Assembly: GCF_000025125.1 (NCBI RefSeq) | Contig: NC_013771.1 | Span: 1,410,001 to 1,442,000, forward strand | Direction: 5' to 3' | Length of the DNA: 32,000 nt | From: Candidatus Atelocyanobacterium thalassa isolate ALOHA | GTDB lineage: Bacteria; Cyanobacteriota; Cyanobacteriia; Cyanobacteriales; Microcystaceae | In this document: positions 1 to 9,117 of the stretch, piece by piece | How the letters are laid out: every line of letters begins with the position of its first letter | Position numbering within the stretch: position 1 is the stretch's first letter | Notes under the pieces: model-generated | Seen by the model: the letters and a program-made list of their open reading frames with translations, nothing else | What the model was told of the DNA's origin: nothing | Database searches by the model: none | Translations under genes and position numbers: made by a program

Positions 1-447
1 CCAAAATAAATCACCAAAGTTAGGTAAGAAAAAAAAGCTTATTCCTCTACTTTGATTGGAGTATCTATTATTTTCTTCTCTATCAGATTGTAGACTTGTA
101 ATAATAATAACTATGGCAGCAAGTACTACTAGAATTGAAGAAATTAAAATAACTCCGAAAGAAATTCTAATTAAATAAAACAAAACCGCCCAAACTTTTA
201 TCCAAATTACGTTTAACCTTGAAATTAAATTTTTTTTAAAAAAAATAGTACGAAGGTTTTTGGAAAAAATATAAATAATTGTTCCTGATTCAGTTACTTG
301 TAAATTACCGAATGTGTCTGATGCTAAGCTAAGTAATTCTTTTTGTACTACAGAAGGACTAATCCCAGAATATGAAGCTACATCTCCAACAGTAACGCGA
401 TAGTCTAGTTTTTCAACAGAATCAATAATTTTTAACTGAAGAGCCAT
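1..447 (-). CDS. conserved hypothetical membrane protein, partial (the 3' end runs off the window; 149 N-terminal codons are present)
   Basis: Absent from the ORF track because no stop lies inside the window. A reverse-strand ATG at 445-447 opens an uninterrupted frame to position 1. It reads MALQLKIIDSVEKLDYRVTVGDVASYSGISPSVVQKELLSLASDTFGNLQVTESGTIIYIFSKNL..., followed by a hydrophobic helix VWAVLFYLIRISFGVILISSILVVLAAIVIIIT. An AAGG lies about 11 nt upstream. No family name recognised. Confidence 0.55.
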   Translation of the reverse strand, partial: MALQLKIIDSVEKLDYRVTVGDVASYSGISPSVVQKELLSLASDTFGNLQVTESGTIIYIFSKNLRTIFFKKNLISRLNVIWIKVWAVLFYLIRISFGVILISSILVVLAAIVIIITSLQSDREENNRYSNQSRGISFFFLPNFGDLFW

Positions 448-868
448 ATGATAAATACCTTATTACAAATCCTATCTCTCAATTACTAGTTATATGATGA
501 AGAAGTTTTTAATTTATGAATATAAACTACTGTCTTACTATATTATATATAGAATTTATATTATTAACAGTAAACTAGTATTTTAGTTTTTATTAAAAAA
601 ACACTAAAAGTTTTCATAGTATACTTTATTGTCTTATTAGACATAGCGTACTAAAGTTGCATTGAAAGATTAGGCATAAAAATTATATAAAATTTATTTT
701 AAGATAATACTTTTTAAAAATTACTTTTATTTTTTCAATTATTTAATAAATCATATCATTTAAAATTTTGGTAATTAATTAGTCTTAAAAACTTATACAA
801 GAAATTAATTTATACTTCTTTTTATTACTATAAAATTGATATGTACTTGATTTTTGAGATAATTATTC

Positions 869-2350
869 ATGAAATCGCTTGAAGCAGAAGTTCATAAATC
901 TCTAAAAGAATTTTTAAAACAATGTCGAAAACCTTTTGGAGAAAGTCACTTAACAATGGCTAGACTAATTTCACATATTTTATGTCTTCAACGTTCTGCG
1001 ATTATTCAAACTAATAGTTCTATTTCTTATTATGGTTTAAGCTACTTGTTCCCATCTTTATTATTTAACAGGCCAATTTTACTAGTTGCACCTTTAAGTA
1101 TTCAACATAATTTTAAAAGACGAGAAATACCTTATTTACGGCAATGGTTAAAGCAACACAATATTATTTTTAATGAGACATGTGAGAAACGGCTAAATAA
1201 CTTTCATGGATTACTTATTGTTTCCCCACACATCTGGTTACATAGTTATTTTAAAGAGCAAAAATACTTACTTTCCAACACTTTAACTTTAATTGATAGA
1301 GCTGATCACTTAGAAAAATGGACAAGAAATTACTTGACAGTTACTATTACTCCTAGAAGTTGGAAAAACCTAGAAGATAATTATTTGTATTTTAGTACTT
1401 TAATTTATAAAGTAAAATCTTTCCTTAAATATTCTATTTCTAATTATTCTGATAATCCTTATCAACAATATCTATTAGGTTTAGAAGAAAAGAAAAGTCT
1501 ACTAACTCTCTGTAAAAGTATTCCTCAGGATAGTTTTTTAAATCTTGTTGAGGAGAAAATTTTAGATGATAACTACTTTTTATGGGCATCGATAAGTCGT
1601 CAAAAACGTACTTTTTTGATTCATCTAAGTCCTCTTGATCTCTTTTCTACTTTATCTCCATTACTTCATAGCTTTAACACTATTTTTATTGGAGAAATTC
1701 TAGATTATAATAAATCTGCTCTTATATACAGGAAAAATGTTGGTATTAGGGAAAAACTTTTGTGTTTAAAACTTTCTCAAAATCAACTAAGTAAAATAGT
1801 CAATCTATATATCTACGATCGTCTACCAATGCCTAATACTTCAAGGTTTCAAGAAACTTTAATACTACACATAAAAAAGATCGTTCATGGTAGTTATAGT
1901 CAATTAAAACCTATCTTAATTATTATTGATGATATTCCCCTTAAAAAGAAAGTTGCAGTTTCTCTAACTTCAGAATTTGGATCAAAAATAAAAATAGAAA
2001 AGATCAAAATTGAAAATAACTATATATTAATTAGTAGTTGGAAATTTTGGAAAAATAATCAAGATAAATTACCACCACCCAAATTATTAATTATTGCAAC
2101 TTTACCATTTCCATCTTTAGAAAATCCTCTAGTTTCTTCAAAAGTGAATTACTATAAAAAACAATATAAAGATTGGTTTTATTCATATCTCTTACCAACT
2201 GCGTTGCAAGAAATGCAACGTTCACTTATTTCACTTAGAGCATCTAAAGGAACGATTACCCTATTAGATAATAGAATTAATTATCGTAGCTATGGAAAAA
2301 GGTTCCTAGCCGCTCTTCAACCTTATGTTAAGATCAGCTATATAAAATAA
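869..2350 (+). CDS. DinG/Rad3-like helicase family protein (helicase C-terminal domain type) with unreadable ATPase motifs
   Basis: 493-aa ORF. The C-terminus has the DinG-type layout: LLIIATLPFPSLENPLVSSKVNYYKKQYKDWFYSYLLPTALQEMQRSLISLRASKGTITLLDNRINYRSYGKRFLAAL. This matches the pattern LPFP..P.......F....LP.A...L.Q..GR.IR....G.....D.R. The N-terminus (HLTMARLISHILCLQRSAIIQT) resembles the short cyanobacterial members of the family. The Walker A, DEAH and arginine-finger positions are not canonical (see findings). Confidence 0.6.
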   Translation: MKSLEAEVHKSLKEFLKQCRKPFGESHLTMARLISHILCLQRSAIIQTNSSISYYGLSYLFPSLLFNRPILLVAPLSIQHNFKRREIPYLRQWLKQHNIIFNETCEKRLNNFHGLLIVSPHIWLHSYFKEQKYLLSNTLTLIDRADHLEKWTRNYLTVTITPRSWKNLEDNYLYFSTLIYKVKSFLKYSISNYSDNPYQQYLLGLEEKKSLLTLCKSIPQDSFLNLVEEKILDDNYFLWASISRQKRTFLIHLSPLDLFSTLSPLLHSFNTIFIGEILDYNKSALIYRKNVGIREKLLCLKLSQNQLSKIVNLYIYDRLPMPNTSRFQETLILHIKKIVHGSYSQLKPILIIIDDIPLKKKVAVSLTSEFGSKIKIEKIKIENNYILISSWKFWKNNQDKLPPPKLLIIATLPFPSLENPLVSSKVNYYKKQYKDWFYSYLLPTALQEMQRSLISLRASKGTITLLDNRINYRSYGKRFLAALQPYVKISYIK

Positions 2351-2405
2351 AGATAATTAAATATATTAACCTTTTATTTATATCGCGCTATTAGGAGATA
2401 ACTGC

Positions 2406-3799
2406 TTGTCATATATCTTAAGAACTCTTGCATATAGATCAAAAGAAAACTGGATAATAAGTCATAATTCCGAAAAATTTCATCAGATTACTAAAATCTA
2501 TATAGATAGGTTCATATCAATAAAAAAAAACCAGAATAATCCTAGAATTATCTTAATTCAGAATCAAAACAATCACCTTAATTTTTTATCTGCGTTCTTA
2601 GCAGCAAATATCACACAATGCCATGTTTTTTTATGTAGTAAGAAAAATGGCAGGATAATGAATGGGTAGAAGTTCTAAATTTAATAAAACCACACTTTAT
2701 ACTAGGAAACAATCATTTAACTGATGACAATTTTAATTGTTCATATTATAAACATGAAATTAATAATGTTAGTTTGCCTAAGAGTAGTTTAATTATGATT
2801 CCAACAGGTGGAACATCAGGAAAGATACGTTTCACAATCCATACATGGGATACTTTGTCTTCTTCAGTATGGGGCTTTTCAAAATTTTTTGGACTAAAAG
2901 AAGTTAATACCTTTTGTGTATTACCTCTTTATCATGTTAGCGGCTTAATGCAGTTTATTCGTTCTTTTCTAGTTGGTGGACAAATTGTTATATATTCCTA
3001 CAATACATTAAAAAGTAATTTTATTCCTTCAATTAAAAGAGAAAAAACTTTTATTTCACTAGTTCCTACGCAATTTAAATTTTTGCTAACAAATAATCTT
3101 CACTTCTTGCGTAAATTTGCAACTATATTATTAGGAGGAGGACCTTCTTGGAGTTACCTATTAGAAGAAGCTCGAAAGCATGGCCTAAATTTATCATTAA
3201 CTTATGGTATGACTGAGACAGCATCTCAAGTTGTCACTTTAAAATCTAGAGATTTTTTAAAAGGTAATAATAGTATTGGTCGAGTTTTGCCTCATGCAAT
3301 AGTGAACATAAATAAAAAAGAAAAAGTAATTCAAATTAATTCGAATTCATTATTTTATGGATATTATCCTAGTTATTCTCGGCAACAAAATTTTATTACT
3401 GATGATCTAGGATATTTTGATAATAAAAAATACTTATATCTAACTGGAAGAAATAGTCAAAAAATAATTACAGGTGGAGAGAATGTTTTTCCGTTAGAGA
3501 TTGAAAATGCGATTTTAGAAACTAATTTGGTTAAAGACGTTTGTGTACTAGGCATTGATGACAACTCATGGGGAGAATCAATAGTAGCTATTTATGTCCC
3601 TAAAAAGGATGATACTAGCACTGAAGCTATCAAATATTTAATCAAGCTAAATTTGATAAATTTGAGTGCTTACAAACGACCTAAACATTGGATAAGAACT
3701 AAATGTCTATCATACAATGAACAAGGTAAATTGAATTATCAAGAACTCAGAAAAATGGCTCAAAAATTTATTTTAAACAAAATAATGCAGGGACTATGA
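2406..3799 (+). pseudogene. menE: O-succinylbenzoate-CoA ligase (MenE, phylloquinone pathway), frame broken once; it appears as ORFs 2406-2669 and 2774-3799
   Basis: The C-terminal ORF carries adenylate-forming enzyme motifs: IPTGGTSGKIRF, LTYGMTETASQV, GYFDNKKYLYLTGRNSQKIITGGENVFPLEIE and a terminal GK. The N-terminal ORF (SKENWIISHNSEKFHQI...NFLSAFLAANITQCHVFLC) is the expected N-terminus. The downstream frame is open from 2642 and reads EKWQDNEWVEVLNLIKPHFILG. AGGAG at 2393-2397 lies 8 nt before TTG 2406. The M at 2774 in the track is an internal TTG, not a real start. Confidence 0.75.
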
Positions 3800-3816
3800 G
3801 AATAGTTCCCTGCATT
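3784..3816. terminator. hairpin between convergent menE and petF, a likely bidirectional intrinsic terminator
   Basis: AATGCAGGGA (3784-3793) pairs with TCCCTGCATT (3807-3816). CTAT/ATAG extends the stem with one bulge. On the minus strand (petF sense) the stem is followed by ATTTTGTTTAAAA. The left arm overlaps the last menE codons. Confidence 0.55.
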
Positions 3817-3851
3817 AACTTATGCACTAACAATTTTAACTGAGATTAAAA

Positions 3852-4151
3852 TTAATAAAGTGTTTCTTCTTGATGAGTCATGATAACACAGTCAGATGTA
3901 GGATAAGCAACACAAGTAAGAACAAACCCTGCTTCTATTTGATCATCATCTAGGAAGGATTGATCAGATTGATCGACACTTCCTGAAAGTAATTTACCAG
4001 CGCAAGTAGAACAAGCGCCTGCTCGACAAGAGAAAGGTATTTCTAAACCTTCTTCTTCAGCTACATCTAGGATATACTCATCTTCTGGAACTTCCAGAGT
4101 AGAATTAATTCCTTCTTCTTCGTTAGTCAAAGTTACTTTATAAGTTGCCAT
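3852..4151 (-). CDS. petF: plant-type [2Fe-2S] ferredoxin
   Basis: 99 aa, MATYKVTL...; cluster ligand pattern [12 protein letters not shown]...LTCVAYP; acidic composition; GAGGAG Shine-Dalgarno 6 nt upstream of the ATG. Confidence 0.95.
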   Translation of the reverse strand: MATYKVTLTNEEEGINSTLEVPEDEYILDVAEEEGLEIPFSCRAGACSTCAGKLLSGSVDQSDQSFLDDDQIEAGFVLTCVAYPTSDCVIMTHQEETLY

Positions 4152-4462
4152 GATTGTCTCCTCTTCTCAAGTGAAGAATATTTTATCTTGACAATAAAAT
4201 TCATATATTTGAATTTTACTGATAAATATCTACTACCTTTGATACTAAGGGAAAAAACTCTTAAGCATAAGGAGGGATTAGTAATCAGATTCTTAAACAG
4301 ACTTCAAATAAGTTTTACTTATGTTTCTTTCCATTACATAAAAATATAAGAGGCAATTTAACCCTATTTTTTAAATTTTTCTAAAAAGTAAAAACTATTT
4401 TGATAACTTGAGTCTATCTACATCTTACATCAAGGATATAGACAAACTCAGGGTATTGATTT

Positions 4463-6874
4463 TTAATCTTTTTTAAGTTGATAGTAAACACCCCAAATAG
4501 CCATAGCACGTAAATAATGAGATGCTCTAAAAGTCCCTACTGGTGTAATTGCTTCAGGAGTTCTAAACTGTAGTCCATTCGCATATATTTGTTCAACTAC
4601 AACTTTTGTTAACTCTAAAGCCTGATTCTTCATTCCCATTTGTATTAAAAAAGCTGCTAATCCGAAATTTATTCCTACCCAAACTTCTTGAGGATGAGTA
4701 GAATTAGGATTTTCTGGTGTACCATCAGACCTTACTCCGTTGGCAGCTCCATATTGTCCATCATAAAAGTTTAAAAAACAGGCTTCGTAAATTTTTGACA
4801 AAGCTGATATTGTACAAGAAGTATCCACTACATCAGGCAAATTTAATAGGCGTGCATAAAATTGGCCACAAAGCTGATCCGTCATAATTGTATCAGAACC
4901 ACTTTTGCTATCTAATTGATAATATTCTCCGTTCCATAAAGTCTCATGATAAATTAAGCGAGATTTCTTTAACCAATCATCATATTTGGTAAGATTTTCT
5001 TGTATGAAAGCTAAAGAATTTTGCAAATCTGGATGGGAATTGTTTTCACTATTTTTCAGTAAAATCTTTCCTATGCCAATAGCAGCCTCCAAAGCAGTAA
5101 TCCATAAGGCACCACAATATGAACTAATTCCATGTAACTGCCAATCATCAAAAGTTTGGTCAGGCGCTCCTGAGTTTTCTGGAATACCATCGTCATCTAG
5201 GTCAAACTTTTTCAAGTAATCTAATGTTTCAACTATAGCTGGCCAACATTCCTGTAAAAAATTGATATCTTGAGAATCTGTCAACAAAAAATCTCTATAG
5301 ACTTGTAAAACAAAATCACTACCTAAATCTTTCCACAAATTACAATCTTGATAGCTAGTATAGTTTGTTTCTTCCCAAGGGTGTTCGTTCGGTGCACCTA
5401 AATCATGAGGAACTGCGCCTTTAACTTTCCTAGGGGCAAGAGATCTGTCATAACCAATAAGTCTTAGAGTATGATCACTTTTAGAAATTGATTCTGCGAA
5501 TGTTTTGATAACTGCTTTCTCTAGAGACGGCCATAATGCTAATAATCCGAATGATCCATACAATCTAACATCTAAACTTTCATACCAACGATAATCTATA
5601 CATTCTAGAACTCCAAATTTACCAACTGGATAAGATTTAGAAGATGTTGTCCAAAGAGTCCCGCCGTCAGTTAATAGATACAGCTCGTTAAACAGAGCCA
5701 TTTTAAACCAGTCTGGTAAATCTTTATCATTTAAGATGGGTAATTGATATTCAAGAATTTGCTCTCGCCATATATTTAAAGACTTTAGTCCAGTTTCTGC
5801 TATCATCCATGCATTTTTACCATTAATACCAAAGAAATCAGTGTACCGTCTATGATATTGATTACCAAGGGAAAATTCTGTAATAGGTAAATCCCAAGCT
5901 AGAGTAAAAGGTATTTTTTTAACTTCTCCGGGTTTAATAACAAATTTAACCGCCATAGCAGCAGCTATTTGTTCATCTGGCTTAGCTATGGTCTCATCTA
6001 ATGTATTTGGTAATGTTCCACTTGCGGAGAAATGATCCCAAACTTCAGAGCCATTACCAGAAGGATTCCATTTACCTAAATAGGAAAATTCTAGATCTGG
6101 ATCATGAGCAGTAGCGAAACATATTTGGCCTTCGCCTTCACTTATAGAATCATTTACGCGTAAACGATCTAAGATAAAACCAAATTGAGAACTACTTTGT
6201 TTCCACTTGTTAAAATTTCCTTGACTAAAACCTAATTGCGGCGAATATTCGTATTCAGGACTACCATCATCTCTAACTTCAATTTTGGGAGTCTTGATCG
6301 AATTTGTAAACCAACCTATCATATTTTGCCAAGTTAGCATAATGCTTAAAGTAATAGGCTGATCCGTAGGATTAGATACTGTCCATTCAAAAATACCTAT
6401 AGGATAGCTAGTCTCTTGATAATTATCAGGAATAATAGGTGAGAACTGTTCACAAACTATTTTTGCTTCAAATATTCCTTCATATTGATACCAACTACGA
6501 GGATACAATGCATAATAAGTTCCTTTATTCTTTGGATACCAATTCCATTTAGATAAAGTCTTATCTTCTGGCTCTTTCGTTGATAATGCATAAGCTTTAG
6601 TTTTTCCATCTTTTAATTCTTCAAAAATACTAAATTGACAAGATGAAATAGTTTTAAAAACATGCTCTCCACCATCTAAATGCCATAAATTAAAATCTCC
6701 GGCAGAAGAACGACCAATGCAACCTGCTCCAAAGCCTCCAATTGGCATTCCATGCCAAGGGCCATCATCTAGATTGCTAGGATATCTTACAGTGTATGGA
6801 TTGCCCCAACCCTTCCCAATAGAACGTTGCCAGCTACAGGAAGGGATATCGGTACCAAAAGATGAGTTCTTCAT
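4463..6874 (-). CDS. GH116 / GBA2-type non-lysosomal glucosylceramidase-like beta-glucosidase
   Basis: 803 aa. The N-terminal block WHGMPIGGFGAGCIGRSSAGDFNLWHLDGGEH and the overall length and layout match the bacterial GBA2/DUF608 family common in cyanobacteria. The frame is uninterrupted. Confidence 0.75.
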   Translation of the reverse strand: MKNSSFGTDIPSCSWQRSIGKGWGNPYTVRYPSNLDDGPWHGMPIGGFGAGCIGRSSAGDFNLWHLDGGEHVFKTISSCQFSIFEELKDGKTKAYALSTKEPEDKTLSKWNWYPKNKGTYYALYPRSWYQYEGIFEAKIVCEQFSPIIPDNYQETSYPIGIFEWTVSNPTDQPITLSIMLTWQNMIGWFTNSIKTPKIEVRDDGSPEYEYSPQLGFSQGNFNKWKQSSSQFGFILDRLRVNDSISEGEGQICFATAHDPDLEFSYLGKWNPSGNGSEVWDHFSASGTLPNTLDETIAKPDEQIAAAMAVKFVIKPGEVKKIPFTLAWDLPITEFSLGNQYHRRYTDFFGINGKNAWMIAETGLKSLNIWREQILEYQLPILNDKDLPDWFKMALFNELYLLTDGGTLWTTSSKSYPVGKFGVLECIDYRWYESLDVRLYGSFGLLALWPSLEKAVIKTFAESISKSDHTLRLIGYDRSLAPRKVKGAVPHDLGAPNEHPWEETNYTSYQDCNLWKDLGSDFVLQVYRDFLLTDSQDINFLQECWPAIVETLDYLKKFDLDDDGIPENSGAPDQTFDDWQLHGISSYCGALWITALEAAIGIGKILLKNSENNSHPDLQNSLAFIQENLTKYDDWLKKSRLIYHETLWNGEYYQLDSKSGSDTIMTDQLCGQFYARLLNLPDVVDTSCTISALSKIYEACFLNFYDGQYGAANGVRSDGTPENPNSTHPQEVWVGINFGLAAFLIQMGMKNQALELTKVVVEQIYANGLQFRTPEAITPVGTFRASHYLRAMAIWGVYYQLKKD

Positions 6875-7080
6875 AGATTTATATGATAAAAGTAAGTATT
6901 AAACTAGGATTATTTTTAAAATTCTAAATTTTTTTGATATTTAATTAACATAGATTATAAAGCTTATAATTTGTGCTAATCATAAAAAAATACTATAGAT
7001 ATAGTAGGCGAAAATAGTCATTGATTAGATAAATTAAATAATGAAATCGCCATAAATAATTAAATTTATTTATTAATAAC

Positions 7081-8217
<1,137 letters not shown>

Positions 8218-8358
8218 CTAATGTATAACGTAAGCGTTATTCATTGCCCAAACAATTAATGCGCCAATAAAACCAAACACGAGGAAAGCCGAAATAGCAA
8301 CTAGAACAGGATTATCAGCTCCTTCAAACTTCATAGAGCCACGATTTAAATCTGACAT
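8218..8358 (-). CDS. 46-aa single-pass membrane peptide, function unknown
   Basis: Not in the ORF track. My translation of the minus strand is MSDLNRGSMKFEGADNPVLVAISAFLVFGFIGALIVWAMNNAYVIH. It has one clean hydrophobic helix and GAAGG about 10 nt upstream of the ATG. It ends 33 nt before the co-directional CNNM gene. It does not match any small photosystem or b6f subunit I can recall. Confidence 0.45.
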   Translation of the reverse strand: MSDLNRGSMKFEGADNPVLVAISAFLVFGFIGALIVWAMNNAYVIH

Positions 8359-8570
8359 ATAGATTAACCTTCTAAAAACTAATGTTAACTAAATTAGCAC
8401 GTATTAACAATATAAGTTAACTGTACTCTAACTATTAAAAAGATCGCACAGTACTTACATTTATATGTATTTCCTGCTTACGTATATTACAATATAAATA
8501 TGAAATAATGAAAATTTAATTATTCAATTAATAGTAAAAATATTATATTTAACCTATCAATATCCATTGT

Positions 8571-8616
8571 TAGTAGTACTTTAAATCAAAAGTATCTTTG
8601 ATTTAAAGTGCTACTA
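8571..8616 (-). terminator. long near-perfect hairpin immediately downstream of rpmF
   Basis: TAGTAGTACTTTAAATCAAA (8571-8590), loop AGTATC, TTTGATTTAAAGTGCTACTA (8597-8616). The stem is 20 bp with a single G-U pair. It starts 10 nt after the rpmF stop. No clear U-tract follows. Confidence 0.55.
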
Positions 8617-8625
8617 GAAAATAAC

Positions 8626-8805
8626 TTACTCTTCTTCTTCTTCAGCTTCTTCATCTTTTGGATATACAAAGCTATTGGAACGGCCAGAAAGAACCGATTT
8701 TCCGAGAGATAGTGCTTTAGCAGCCTGTAAAGCCGCTGTACGTTTCCAGTGTGCTTTACGATGGTCTCGTTTTGAATTAGAAGTCTTTTTCTTAGGAACT
8801 GCCAT
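8626..8805 (-). CDS. rpmF: 50S ribosomal protein L32
   Basis: Not in the ORF track. Minus-strand translation: [59 protein letters not shown]. This has the canonical L32 N-terminus ([16 protein letters not shown]). The supplied plus-strand ORF 8675-8866 is its antisense shadow. Confidence 0.9.
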   Translation of the reverse strand: MAVPKKKTSNSKRDHRKAHWKRTAALQAAKALSLGKSVLSGRSNSFVYPKDEEAEEEEE

Positions 8806-8862
8806 TAGATTTGATTATAAATTAGTAAATAGCTTACTTATTGTACTGTACATCAAAGTTTA

Positions 8863-8945
8863 TTAGCTAGCTTGATAATCAATTAATTAAAAAATTTCTT
8901 CCATAGATAAATAAACAAACAAATTAAAAAATATTTAGCTAGCTT
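8863..8945. repeat. two exact copies of TTAGCTAGCTT, 72 bp apart, upstream of rpmF
   Basis: Copies at 8863-8873 and 8935-8945. Each contains the palindrome AGCTAGCT. They sit in otherwise AT-only spacer, 58-140 nt upstream of the rpmF start. Confidence 0.4.
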
Positions 8946-9117
8946 TAATGACAAGAGCTTAATGAGAAAATTAAAATTTCAGAAATACTATTCAATAATT
9001 TTCTCTCTAAATCCTATTAAATAATGTTTAGACAGCTGAGAAATTAATTTTTAAATTAGCCTAGATACAAAATAGTTGAAAAAATATAATAATATTTTAT
9101 TTGATGCATACATGTAT

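Noticed and set aside
230-245. T8A8 homopolymer pair (plus strand) inside the first, partial CDS
   Set aside because: It looked like a possible frameshift hotspot or a palindromic site. The minus-strand frame reads straight through it (…RTIFFKKNLISR…) without interruption, so I see no evidence of a lesion or a separate element.
4986-6902. Plus-strand ORFs 4986-5219 and 6717-6902
   Set aside because: Both are antisense shadows inside or overlapping the 803-aa GH116 gene, and neither has motifs.
8675-8866. 63-aa plus-strand ORF from the track
   Set aside because: It is antisense to rpmF, whose minus-strand translation is an unmistakable L32. The plus-strand product has no recognisable features.
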